Part shown: positions 37,025-50,260 of the stretch, piece after piece
Numbering within the stretch: position 1 is the stretch's first letter
Layout: the number at the start of each line of letters is the position of its first letter
Source of the DNA: Octopus sinensis
Taxonomy: Eukaryota
Assembly (NCBI RefSeq): GCF_006345805.1
Contig: NC_042998.1
Coordinates: 66,464,001 to 66,528,000, forward strand
Direction of reading: 5' to 3'
Length of the DNA: 64,000 nucleotides
Program-made: the position numbers and the translations under genes
Notes under the pieces: model-generated
What the model was told of the DNA's origin: nothing
The model's input: only the letters and a program-made list of their open reading frames with translations
Databases searched by the model: none

Positions 37025-37585
37025 ATATATATATATCGCGGTGTATACACACATATGCATACCCAGACTCGCACACGCATACACAAAGACAAATACACGC
37101 CTATACATGCATATCTGTCATTGACTTTGTAATGTACTTTGGTAAAGTACTAAAATCTTGTGACAAGTAATATTGTTTCCAACACGCAAGCCTTGAATAA
37201 AATTGTAATGACATAAAAAATCTCATCAACTATAATGTAGTGACAATAAAACATTTAGAAAAGAAAAATCATTCAGTATTTTTGACTCTCTAAATGAGAG
37301 AAGAGATGGCATCATGTCTCAGAGAAGAGAATATTAATATATCCCAACAGTAAACACATTAGATGAGGAGACTAGAAAATAAACGCGATTTTGTCAACTG
37401 CAAGAAAATATGATCCAGAATCAAATGTTCAAATGATTCATCTAAATACCGGTCACTCTCTTGCACTCTTTTCAGTGTAACTTTCCTGTCTTCTCTACAC
37501 AGATAGAAACAGACGTAGTCACACACACTCACAAGCAAACAAGCACACAGTTAGAAAGATATATAATATATATATATATATATAA

Positions 37586-38113
37586 TGTGAAATAGAAAGA
37601 TGAATAATCTTGTAGTAGATTAATCAAAAGTTTAACCGATACCTAGTAGCAAAAATCACAGCAGTAAACAGCACGGTTGGAGTACAACTCTGGCGTTGCC
37701 ACCGTGCGTTGGTGCGGATAATTGAAGTTAAAACATTATTGGTGAATTGAAGAAATGGAGCTGAACGCAGATTGAACAGAAATCGTTTTTATTTCATTCT
37801 ACACGAGAAACAGTTTCGCCATGGGCTCTTAGGAGCATAGTTCGATTTGTTTTTGCTCCGCCTCTGTTCTGCTTTTGTTTTTCCTTTTTCTTCCTGAAGA
37901 GAAAGACCAATGTGGTCCCATATTTCAATCGGATTTTGGTAATTTGTGCCTTTCGAAACACGTTTTAGAATGAAATAAAACGATTTCTGTTCAATCTGCG
38001 TTCAGCTCCCTTTCTTCAATTCACCAGAATGATATATATGTGATTTTTGCTACTAAGGTATCGGTAAAACTTTTGATTAATCTACTACAAGATTATTCAT
38101 CTTTCTATTTCAC

Positions 38114-38114
<1 letters not shown>
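37586..38114. mobile_element. Family A hammerhead element, second inverted-dimer copy (deleted arms)
   Basis: Same termini as the 34926 copy (gggctcttagg 5' start at 37823; tttcaca+(TA)n 3' ends); CTGAAGA at 37894, GAAA at 37955, decayed stem III. Confidence 0.8.
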
Positions 38115-38199
<85 letters not shown>

Positions 38200-38209
38200 G
38201 ATATTATAC

Positions 38210-38253
<44 letters not shown>

Positions 38254-38257
38254 ATAT

Positions 38258-38353
<96 letters not shown>

Positions 38354-38366
38354 TATATATATATTT

Positions 38367-38592
38367 AGGCGGTGAGCTGGCAGAAACGTTAGCACGCCGG
38401 GCGAAATGCTAAGCGGTGTTTCGTCTACCGTTACGTCTGAGTTCAATTTCGCCGAGGTCGACTTTGCCTTTCATTCTTTCGGGGTCGATTAATAAGTGCC
38501 AGTTACGCCTGGGGTCGATATAATCGACTTAATACTTTGTCTGTCCTTGTTTTGTCCCCTCTGTGTTTAGCCCCTTTGTGGTAGTAAATAAA
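38367..38592 (+). mobile_element. SINE S2, full length
   Basis: aggcggtgagctggcagaaacgttagcacgccgggcgaaatgc..gtttagcccctttgtggtagtaaataaat. Confidence 0.9.
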
Positions 38593-38656
38593 TATATATA
38601 TATATATATATATATAATGTGGTGTGTATATATATATATATATATAGATATATATG

Positions 38657-38701
<45 letters not shown>

Positions 38702-38747
38702 ATTTATTACTACCCACAAGGGGCTAAACACCTTGTAGTAAATAAAT

Positions 38748-38782
<35 letters not shown>

Positions 38783-38791
38783 GTGTGTGGG

Positions 38792-38822
<31 letters not shown>

Positions 38823-38961
38823 TATGTTATATATATATATATATATATATATAATGTATATATTTAATATATATGTTATATTATATATATACATACACAT
38901 ATAAATATATAGCATACATACAGTGTATACATATATATATATACATGCATACATACATACA

Positions 38962-38993
<32 letters not shown>

Positions 38994-39067
38994 ACATACA
39001 GTCACAAGTTCATAACTACACACATATCTATCTATCAATATATATATATATATGTACAAATTTATGC

Positions 39068-39229
39068 TGCCCTTTGAAATACAGGAACTATTCATTTTTT
39101 TGCCAGCTGAATGGAGTGGAGCAACGGGAAATAAAGTGTCTTACTCGAGGACACAACGCATCGATGGGAATCGACCTCATTACCTTAAAATCGTAAGTCG
39201 AATGTCGTAACTACTAAGCCACGCGCCTT
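39068..39229 (-). mobile_element. SINE S3, 5' part
   Basis: Reverse complement of the S3 head and central block. Confidence 0.75.
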
Positions 39230-42200
39230 GAGAGAAACTACCATTGAATGCGAATCATGTAGCAGGAGACCATTAAGTACTGTGGAGACCATTGTAAGCA
39301 AGTGGATGAATTAATTCGCGTTTTACAGAATATAGTCACAAACGATGTGTTGCTACGATGCATTACAGAGATGGTTAAAGGTTTGGGTTCTGGAATGTGT
39401 GTGTTGAGTTGGTACTTCGGCAAATGATATACAATTTTAAAGAGAAAGCGTTAATTATGCTCTGAACTGCCTCAAAAGATTGAAACCAATGAAATAACGC
39501 TTTACAATTTTTTTTATATCACTACGGGATTTGAAACGTGGGCGTAGATCTATTCATTAGGAAAACGAGCCCCATATATAACTAAAACACTTCCCCAGGT
39601 GGGCCTATACTCGCTGAAACCTATCAAAGTTAAAACAATATTCATATTTGTCATAATAATTTGTGTCCACTTTCATCTTTGACAGCAAGTTAAGAAATCG
39701 GCAAGTTAGATTGGTCATTTGGTCCCCGTCGACAGAACAACCCGGATCTAGTACCCTTCACTTTCCAGTCTAATGAAGAATAGTGTTCAGGATAACAATT
39801 TGCTAACACAGACCATATGAAAGTGATTGTGAAGAAGTTTATGAAACTGTGTAGATTTGAAGAATTGTAAATCCACATCCACATTCACTTTTGCATTACT
39901 TGAGCACTTATATGTTTGCATGTGCGTGTGTGTCCTTTGTATGTACACAGATATAGCAATATATTAATAAAATGCCTTGTGACTTGTGTTTCCTTCGTTA
40001 CTTATGGACATTTTATATTTCATTGTCATTTTTCTCTATGTCTCATTTTTGTTTTTCTCTACTTTTTATTAAATAATATAAGAAATATTGAAAATTTGAT
40101 TAAAATCTTATGTCTAATGTACATATAATATGTCGATAGAACGCAAAACATATAAGTATAATAAATAATATAAGCATAAAGAAAAGACAAAGACAAACTA
40201 TTTTGCATTATGTGCATTTAATGTTATTGCTAATTCACTAAATCTATATTTTCCCAATGATTATTGGATGCCAGTGTAATTTTAATTTATCTTTATTTGC
40301 ACATACAGGCAGTTATAGTAAACGAATTTAAACTACAGAGACAACATTAAAATGTACTTGTTGGATCCTTGATTGAAGTAAATACATTGAATTTTATTAA
40401 TGTAATATCCCTAAGAAAGACATTAACACACAGAATTAATCTGATTTCACGTAGTTGAATGTACGTCTATGTAGAGAAGATTTGGATTTAATGGACGTCA
40501 AACAGTTGAAAAGTAATTTAAATCCACGTAGCATTGATTTTAGACGTATAAAGATTAGTTACATTCAAATATTTATGGAAGTGGTTAAATAATTTAACCA
40601 TTGGGTTAAATAATCAAAATTTTCTGGAAAACAACATTTATTTAGAAACAAATGAACCACATGCTAGTCTGAATAGCATTTAAATGTAGATTTGTAATTA
40701 TATTTGAAATCCAATTCAATTTGGTTTCAAAACCGAATAGAACTTTTTGTTTGCCTGTCATTAGTGTATGCTTTTAGTTTTCGGTACATATACAGCACTG
40801 ATATAGATATATAATTCTAGAACTTTATTTGCTTCTCCAATGTGTTTGAATAATAGAACCAATTATATTAAATTAGTAAAGAAATTATAATCAGAGGATT
40901 AAATAATTATTTAATCCTATGTTTGATTAAAATATGTGGCCTGCCTACTGTCCAGAATGAAATGTAGACATGGATTTACAAAAATAGATTCAAATCGGAA
41001 TTGAATCCGAAATGAACTCTTGGTTTATTTGACATTAAAGCAAGTTTGACACTCTGGCACATACATTCCACTAATATATGTAGATAGTTCTTGGAATTTA
41101 GCTATTTGTCATCCAATGATTAGTACGACACTGCTCTCGGTAAATATAAATGTAATAAGTCTATCTGTCCACAATACTCATAGCACGTGCGTCTCCTTTA
41201 AATCATTAAGTATCAAGATGAATTGCTATTGTATGGCGAATATTCAACATATGTTTGTTTTGTTCCGATACATTTCAGCTAATAATTGGAAGATTTATTT
41301 TATTCTGCATCAACTAAACTTTTAGCTAACATTAAAACAGATTTACAATTTCCTACTAAAAACATGTATTTAAATATTCTCAATTAATTTCCTAACCATT
41401 CTTCATTTTCATGAATTTTGGCAAGATAGATCTTCGTTATTTACAACAAATAGAGTCGTGAGACAATTTCAGATAACATTATTCAGAGAACAGATGCAAC
41501 TATTCAATATTTAAAGCAAGCTCGTATTGTCTACAAAAGAATCGGTGTTACTCTCGATGAATTATGCTTGTGATATTTAGTTAATACGGTACTCTACATC
41601 CTGCGTTCTCATCCAGATAGACCCTTTTCTGTTTGTGTTCTAGATCGTATTAATTAATACCTGCTAGTCTATAAACGAAACAGAACTTTCTCCCAGACAA
41701 GAGACTTCGCACAGTATCTAATTTGTATGTTTAATAAAATATTTCGACCTAAATTCACGCAGTATAAATTAACAAAAATCGTCTAACTTATAGGGATTTG
41801 AAAAGTATATTTTAAAAATATACGAACAAAATGCTCCTGTAAACTTGAAAGAAAAAGATTTCTGTGGACTTAGAAATATGATATACAGCACGCATGCATG
41901 AGGGATGAATGTAGAGTCAGGAATCTGCAAGTTTTGCGCCAAGTTATATATAAATATGTGCACAATCACTCTATAGAGTTTAACATAAATGCAACTGCCT
42001 ACGCATGTATGTAGCGTACTCATACAAATGGTTCTTGTTCTCTCTTTCTCTTCTTCTTTCTCTGTCATTATTTGTATATATATATATGTGTGTGTGTGCG
42101 TGTGTGTGTGTATGTGTTTGTGTGTGTGTGTATGTATGTATATGTATGTATGTATGTATATATGTATGTATATATATTTATACACGCACACATATATATA

Positions 42201-43419
42201 TACATATATGCAAATATATATACATATTTATTTATATATTCATACAAACATATTCACACACGAATCTTTCTTAGAGATGTATAGATATACACCAAAAGAG
42301 ATCTTATATTTTATATTAAACCAGATCCTCTTACAAGTCATTTTCAAAAATTTATTGGACCTAAAACGTTGGCTAGAACAAATATGAGGCTTCAATGTGA
42401 GCCATTTGCCTACTGAACATATATCAGCCTAATACTGAGAAGCCAGACTTTCCTCTATACTTTGATTGGAAAGGATAACCAATAAAAAAGAACGACATTC
42501 CCTGAAATTAAATAAAACCAACTTTGCAGATGCCACCACATAACTGGAACCAAACCTTTGTTGTGAAACCAGAAAAAGTGTTTTTCATTTTACCTCTGCA
42601 TTCTGTCACTGTAGACGTATAAAGCTTCTTGTCTTTTCCCCGATAAATCCGCTTCTGTTTTTTTTTCTTACAACTCATTTTATGCTACTCATAATATGCC
42701 TATACATCACCCGCACCCCATTCCTTAAACAGATATAGTCATTCCTAAACAAGAAGTCCATATAGAACTTGAGAAACCAAAGTATTCCAGAGTTTAATGA
42801 GGGCATGAAAACCGAAATGTTTTTGCGTGAATTACAGAATCTTGTGTGTATGCGCGTGCAGTCTGCGTGTTGTCTGTGCGCATAAACGTGCTTGTGCGCA
42901 TATTCTGCAGAGCACAGCGACATTGTGTCTGTTATCAGGTATGAAAATACATTTTCAAGCGTTGAATGAATGAGCATATGTTCTTTGTCTTTGTCCAAAG
43001 CCACTTCATTCTAAAGTCATAGCAAACTGTATCAGGAACCATGTCAGAGACATTGATCATTCCCAGTTCATCTTTCCGAGTTGTGACTTCCTTAGGGAAG
43101 TTTATAAAAAAACGTTATTAATAATCATAATAGGGTTTTCTCATCTGCATAGATGGAGATATATAAACTTGCGTACACAGACTGTATTTTATATATGAGT
43201 GCATAAAAATACGCTTGTGTTTGTTTGCTTGTCAAGTGGCAAAAATTCGACAAAACTATAATTATTATTATCTTTGCAATTCATTAGAAGATTCTCAACA
43301 ACTAAAATATATTTTTTACATCGTTTCATTACATCCATTACAAACATTTCCATTTGAATTATTTACCTACCTAGGTTAATATCAATATTCTTTTCTACTG
43401 TAGGCACAAGGCACAAAAC

Positions 43420-43587
43420 TTTTGGGGAGAGTCCACTCGATCAGATTGACCTCAGTACGCAAATGATACTTAATTTATCTACCCCGAGAGAATGAAAGGC
43501 AAAGTCGACCTCGGCGGAATTTGAACTCAGAACGTAAAAACAGAGGAAATACCGCCAAGCATTTCGCCCGGCGTGCTAACGTTTCTG
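43420..43587 (-). mobile_element. SINE S2 body (host of the ORF1-only insertion; its head lies at 45366-45400)
   Basis: S2 sequence resumes at cagaaacgttagcacgccggg; the missing head gtcggtgagccgg.. is found on the far side of the insertion. Confidence 0.85.
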
Positions 43588-43754
43588 ATTTCTTTATTAC
43601 CCACAAGGGGCCAACATAGAGGGGGACTTAAAATAACAAAAGCGAATGAAAAAAGACGAAGAAAATAAAGATGATAATGAGTTATGAAAAGATATTTACA
43701 ATGAGGTGTAATGCCCACTCGATCCCCGAAATCGGGTGGTTACATTTTCGTCAG

Positions 43755-43940
43755 TTCTTTCACAAAATTTTCACAATACATTTCACCGAATTTCAAAATA
43801 CATTTCAAAATATTTCAAAATACATTTTCAAAATACATTTCACATAATTTCAAACATACATTTCACAAAATTTCAACAAGCATTTTACATTAATTTCAAA
43901 ATACATTTCCCAGAATTTCGAAATACATTTTCACAGAATT
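43755..43940. repeat. Degenerate ~20-24-bp minisatellite (aatttcaaaatacatttcaca-like)
   Basis: Directly visible repeated aaatacatttc units within the 3' UTR of the ORF1-only element. Confidence 0.8.
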
Positions 43941-43985
43941 GCTAGTAGAGTTTTTCTTTTTTAACACAATTTTAGATGTATTCTA

Positions 43986-45197
43986 TTACATGCACCAGAT
44001 CTTCATTGTACGTGGACCTTTTCTCAATCGACACTTCACGTAATTTATCACGTTCTCTCCGGTGGCCTCGAGAAACTCATCGGCTCTCTCCTCAGGGATT
44101 AGAGCACCCATTTCCTCCCACTCGGTTCCCATCTTAACCCATGTATGTCCTTTTGTTTCACTTGTTAAGTTGCTCATTTCAGGGCAGCAATTGTAAGTTA
44201 TCATTGTCCCATAATATTTGTAATACTGATTCCATTCTGTGTATTCATTTGTCTTCTTTTTAGGACTTATTTCTTCTTTATTCTCCTTTCTTGGTTTCTC
44301 TCTTTCTCTCTTCTTGCTTTCCTTCTTTTCTTTCTCTTGTCTTTTTAGTTCTCTGTCTGTTGTTTCTTTTTCCTGTTATCATTTTCCTTCAGTGCACTAT
44401 TCTTTCCATCTTCCTGTTCTTTTTCCTTTTCTCTCTTTACCTCTTCTGTTGTCTCATTTCGTTCCATTTCTTTCTCCACTGTAAACTCATATAGAGGACA
44501 TTCTTTTCTTATATTGCCCCTAGTTCCGCACAAATAACAGCTCGACTTTCTTCCCTCTACAATTACGCCAATTGTCTTTCCATTTTCCACCTCTATCTGG
44601 AAGGGAATTCTCTCGATATCTTCTATAGTGGCCATTAGCCATAGCTCGATACCGTATCCCTTCCAGTTTACGACGTTGGTCTCTGTGATCGACCCCACTT
44701 CTCTTTCATTTTCGGCCGACCCTAGAATGGCTGTCACCAGCAATTGCGTCTTTTTGCTCCAGTGCTACATTTGGGATCTTGACTCTTACTCCTCTTCTCC
44801 CTTTGTAGGTAGGTAACATAATACAATTTTCCGCTCTGAGTACAGTGGAAGCTAGCGAGGCCGCCTCTTCACTTCTTGCACACCTCACTTCCACCGTACC
44901 ATATTTCTTCCCTCTGCTCACATACGTTGCGTTATCCATTATGTCACCCAGACACTTTTCTATCTCTTCTATCGGTACTCTCATTAGCTTCCTAGTGTTC
45001 TTGTCTTGTGTCCTGTATATTATCATTTTGTTGTCTCTCTCCTCCGTTGTTTCTGCAGAGGGGATCAGCTTGACGCTTTCACTCTCCCTTTTTACATATT
45101 TCTCATATTTCTTTATTTGTACCTTCTTGAAAGTCACGTCTCTTATCACAAGCGACGAGCCACTCTTCGTTGCGGCACCCCCCGGGTAAGTCTCCAT
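43986..45197 (-). pseudogene. LINE ORF1 (gag-like) with zinc-knuckle remnant, frameshifted
   Basis: METYPGGAATK..RKLMRVPIEEIEKCLG..GTVEVRC../..VIVEGRKSSCYLCGTRGNIRKEC (CX2CX4[H>N]X4C)..E/K-rich linker../..KMGTEWEEMG..KIWCM*; ~400 codons with at least two frameshifts. Confidence 0.75.
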
Positions 45198-45494
45198 GAC
45201 TGGGGGTCGACGCTCCTTCTGTAAAAAGTAACGACAAGCGTTCCTTCTATAAAGCAACGGCACGCATCGACAAGCGCCTCGCGCGATTCGATCCCGTTAC
45301 GTCTTTTAAAAAAATTTTCACTTTTTTTCCATCCTTCCGCTCAAAAAATAACGTCCGACTCTGACGGCGCGCTAACGTTTCTGCCGGCTCACCGACTTAG
45401 GTTAACATCAATATTGATTTTGTGGTAATTTGCATGATACTGTATCGTAAAGTTATCGTTAATACCCTAGCATCTGAGGAGGACCATGGGTTCG

Positions 45495-45740
45495 TAGCTA
45501 GGGTGTTGGGATCGTGATCTTAAAGATGTAGTTTCGAAACCTTGATCGGAATATGTGGTGTGTTCTTGAACAAAACACTTTTTTATTGCTCCAGTAGCAC
45601 TCTGCGACGGATCGGCATCCTATATAAAGGGGAAGGGATAAATACGCCAGAGAAACCGACAAAAACGGCCCTTTGCACTTTACGGAGTAAGGCGTACTAA
45701 CCATTCTTACATCTGAAACACAACTAATTGGGGTCTCCGT
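45495..45740 (+). mobile_element. Decayed SINE (S3/S4-related)
   Basis: ctagggtgttgggatcgtgatc..gtgttcttgaacaaaacacttt..ttgctccagt..cggatcggcatcc. Confidence 0.5.
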
Positions 45741-46334
45741 CCACAGCAATAGCAAAGAAAAACAATATTAAAGTTGAAAGAGTTGATGGGTGATGTTGCC
45801 GTGAGAAATGAAAATGTAAAAAAGAATGCTAATAAACAAACAACAATTAGACTTGTTTCAAATCTGCTTTGTCTTAGATGAATGATTTCTCAGACCTCAC
45901 AGCATCTAAATCTTTGAATACTATTACCTTTAATATTTTACGGATGGCAGTTTAAGTTTCCCACTGATTTATTCCTAAATATGTGACAAGTAGGAATTTG
46001 TCAAAATATTGATTTCCAAATTTATCACAAGGCCGGAAATTTCGTAGGTGGGGGCAGGTCGAATATACAACCACCCCACTCCCCAGTATTCAACTGGTGC
46101 TCATTTTATGGAAGGGATTCAAAGCAACGAGGACCCCTGGCGGCATTTGATCTCAGAACGTAAAGTCTGATGGAACCACGAAATAAAATGTACCACTGGT
46201 AATCCGGGTGAAGTGGTGGTAAAGAAGTTCAGAAAAGTGGCAAAATTCCGAGTAGAAAGGAAGGAGATGAAAATCCAAGACAGAGGGAGCATCGGTCAAG
46301 CAGGATCAAAATTGGGTGCCCACATGAGCGCATA

Positions 46335-46620
46335 AAATATGGTTGAAAATTATGTAAAAATAAAAGATAGAGATGCCGACGCACATGCAAAATGGAAGAA
46401 GTCTGACGTTTCGAGCCTACGATTTTCTACAGAATAGCAGTAAGAGAGAAGACCTCTCTCCGTTTGTTTTCTCTTATCATTGCTTTCCCTAGAAGAGCGT
46501 AGCCTAGAAACGGCAAGCTTTCTTCCATTCTTTCCAGTGGGTGAAACATACATACTCCGTTTTCTGTTCTGTTACCTGCCCGTGTCTTTTGTTTTTGCAA
46601 TTTTTCGAACCGTACGCACA
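46335..46620. mobile_element. Family C-related element with two divergent decayed hammerhead motifs
   Basis: Minus motif ~46398-46435 (CTGTAGA..gtaggctcGAAAcgtc) and plus motif ~46483-46519 (cctagaa gagcgtagccta GAAAcg). Confidence 0.55.
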
Positions 46621-46649
46621 CAAACACACACACACACACACACACATAC

Positions 46650-46724
<75 letters not shown>

Positions 46725-46771
46725 TATGTATGTATATATATGCATATATATGTATGTATATATATATATAT

Positions 46772-46834
<63 letters not shown>

Positions 46835-47047
46835 TAGATATAGATATAAAAAGAACTGGGATATGATATCCTGGCAGATACCGAATTTCCCTTACCAAAA
46901 TTCCAAAGCTGGTTCAGTTGGTGTGTGTTTAGGTAAACTCCCTTTAGCTCCCATTCGATGTTACAATTTATTTCTTAATTACTTAGAGTGTGAAATGAAA
47001 TATTGGTAATAAAGGGAATGAAGAATTTTAACATTCGAACTTTATGT

Positions 47048-48400
47048 TTATTTCCAGTTAGTTTATTCATAATAATAGTTCAACATATGTTTCGATTGCA
47101 CTATTTATTGCCGCATGTCGTACAAACACTGATTTAGACATTATTAGTACGATCTTTGCTCCTGAATCTTACCCAGATAATCTGTTAAGAAAAACATCGG
47201 ATCATTTCATTTTGAAGGCCAGATTTTCCTAGTTAACTAAAAAATGTGAAACTTCGTATACTGGTAGAATGTGTCAAAAGAAAACATTATTGTAAACAAA
47301 ATTGAAAACAAAATTGTAATTCGTAACTTAAACGTAGTTTAATTTTTACGAATTTTAACCAATGAAATCCCAACATCTTCGAATTTTAACCAATGAAATC
47401 CCAACATTGCTGCGTTATCGATATTGATAAAGAAATATAGCAGACGCACGACACACACGACACACACGACACACACACACACATATGCACAAGCACATAG
47501 TAATTAATATATAAGCGTACACACACATACAAACGGACATATACATACACACACATACGCACACAAGCAAAAATACACGTTCGTGTTTTGCCACTTGCCT
47601 CAACAAATTTGTGGTCAATGTTTCATCGTTTCGGAGTCGATAAATTAAGTACCAATTATGCACTGGTGTCGAGGATTTTTTCCAATTTATATCACAGCTT
47701 CCGACAAGCTGGGGGCATCGTTTTATGAAAAAATATTTCGCAAATTTTTACAATACTACTCACACTCCACGCGCAAACTCGAGACCGATTTAGGCATATT
47801 ATTGTTTTGTTTTTGTTGTTTCTGTCCCTTCAAAACCATGGGAGAAGCCTTTTCGGTATAAAAAAAAGAAAGAAAATATTCAAAAAATATCGTTAACATT
47901 TTTATTGGGCGACGAAATTAATCGATTTAAGAGATATCGCTGTTATTTCTAGCACACGTAGAAGACAGAAGAAGAGGTAAATAATTTGAGCTCGAATGCT
48001 GCGATTTCATTGGTTAACATTTAAAAAATTAAACTGCGTTTAAGTTACGAATTACAATTTTGTTTTCAATTTTGTTTACAATAATGTTTTCTTTTGACAC
48101 ATTCTACCAGTATACGGAGTTTCAAATTGTTTAGTTAACTAGGAAAATCTGGCCTTCAAAATGAAAAGATCCAAAACATCTAATCCAAGAATGTCATGGC
48201 TTGCTACTAGAACTAAGCCTAAACCAAACTAATAAAGGAGGAAAATTCCCCTTCAAACAAAGTCATATTAATATGCCCTGAAGAGATCTTACTAATGAGG
48301 CATAAATCACTGCATATAATTATGCAAAAATTCCAACTACTGAGATCGAAACACGCTTCGGACAAATATTCTGAATAAACTAACTAGAAATAAATCTTTC
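47048..48400. repeat. Nested long inverted repeat (inner arms 47199-47369 / 48003-48172; outer hammerhead-like arms ~47048-47167 / ~48274-48400)
   Basis: Inner arms are ~170-bp reverse complements; outer arms share gatc(g/t)tactaat..taaatca(g/c)tg..atcGAAAca and gaataaactaact(a/g)gaaataaa. Confidence 0.75.
48274..48364 (+). ncRNA. Hammerhead-like motif with long stem II insert (family E, partly decayed)
   Basis: UGCC CUGAAGA GAUCU..(internal hairpin UGCAUA/UAUGCA)..AGAUC GAAA CACGC UUC GGACA; stem III imperfect. Confidence 0.5.
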
Positions 48401-48432
48401 TTCTCCTTATCTATCTATCTCTCCCTCTCTCC

Positions 48433-48472
<40 letters not shown>

Positions 48473-48779
48473 GTATATATATAATTAATAATATCAAGGT
48501 AATACAAAATTTTAGAAAGTTTTACTACATGTAGCCTGAAGTTTAAAAAAGGTTGTCAATAGACTATATATTATTTATATAAATACAGTGTACATTTAGA
48601 ATTTAAAATCATTTTATTTTCTAAAAAAGTCTGAAACCATGGTATAGGAGATAGATGGTAAATGTTTTTATTTTCTTTTACTTTCGAAGTTTTATCCCTA
48701 ATAGTGGTTTTGATTTAATTGCTCTTGCTAGCGTGCAAGGAATCATATGACGGATACCTATTATGTGTTTAAATGTACA

Positions 48780-48814
<35 letters not shown>

Positions 48815-50124
48815 TATAAGGAGAAAGTTGATTTCAAGCAAACTGTAGTAAATATAAAAGACAACTTTCAGGGACAATAGTTGTTTATTTAGACGGAAGG
48901 TTGTGGATATTTTCCTTGAAAAAAGTTCTTTTTACATTTCACGATAGGCAATCGACGATTCCCGATAAGATGAAAGCTCTTAACGAAGCAGTCAGATGTA
49001 AAAAAAGACAGCATAGGATAGTCACAAGTATCGTCCATAAATTTGTTCCATCTCTGAGGAGAAAAGCCACGAAAAATCTTTTGTATAGATTCCCTACATC
49101 CTAAGTGACGATAATGTCTTTTGTAAATTTTTAATACCTAAATGCTCCATTGTTAATCATGCAATGATCCATTCAATATGATTTATTATTCCCTACGTCC
49201 CTGTCGTCGTAACCTTGGATTGGATAGCTATCAGTATTAATATAATAGTTCATCAGATGATCGATGAGTTCATCTGTGTCTTCTGAAGTATCATTGCGAG
49301 AAAACACAAAGAGAGATTATATATACATATACATATATATACATACACACATACATACATACATACATACATACATACATACATACATGCATGCATACAT
49401 ACATACATACATACATACATACATACATTGAAATACACACTCATACACATATATGTGTGTATGAATAATTTGAATTTGGATTTATATAGTATTAAAGTTT
49501 TAAAATCTAAACGGATTCATAAGGGACCATTAAAGTACGCATACATTTTAAGATCAGAAAATGAGACGATGCAATTCACAAAAGTCTGCGAAGCTGTAAC
49601 GGAATATAAATGAAAGAAATATAGATCTTCATTCTCTGAGGAATATGAACGACGACAAGATCTAAGATCAAATTAGTCGGCAGACAACTCAAACTCACAC
49701 ACACATATATATATGCATATTATTATCATCATCGTTGTTGTTCTTGTTGTTTCTGTTGTTGCTACTGTTGATGTTGTTATTTTTATCATTATTATTTATT
49801 TCGTCGTTCGATGATATCAATGGCATCAACTTACTGCTGAAATTCTTTCAAGAAATCGATAGCCAAAATGACATGAGCAGGGAGGGAATTGCAGACGTTT
49901 GACGCTCTGGGAAGAACAAACTTGGTTAGCAGTTAGATCGAAACCTGGTATCTCGGATACAATGGGGCAACTATACAAAAAGTGAATAAACCGATTATAT
50001 CTGAGAGGGGATCACACGAGATCACTTAATTTCGTGTAGTAGAGACTGTTATGACAACAAAAGAAAAAGACATAGACACACGAAATAAAACGCATGTGTG
50101 CCACACGTTCTAATATCTTTTATC

Positions 50125-50260
50125 TTATTTTTGTTTCACTCACTTGACGGCGGCCATGCTGGGGCAGAGCCTTGAGGAAATTTATTTCAATGAATCGACT
50201 CCAGTACTTATTTTTTGTAAGACTGGTCCTTATTTTATCTATCTCTTTTGCAAATGTGCT
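50125..50260 (-). mobile_element. SINE S1-related 3' fragment
   Basis: tttgtttcactcacttgacggcggccatgctggggcagagcc..tttttgtaagactggt. Confidence 0.6.

Larger units (their letters stand above)
43588..45365 (-). mobile_element. 1.78-kb ORF1-only (half-LINE/HAL1-like) non-LTR element, Tx1-like
   Basis: 18-bp TSD ggcg(t/c)gctaacgtttctg at 43570-87 and 45366-83; single gag-like ORF; ~400-bp 3' UTR; tail ccccttgtgggtaataaagaaat; no RT or endonuclease. Confidence 0.8.

Noticed and set aside
39265-39380. Protein-like open frame ETIKYCGDHCKQVDELIRVLQNIV..
   Set aside because: Weak acceptor and donor, and no recognised homology.
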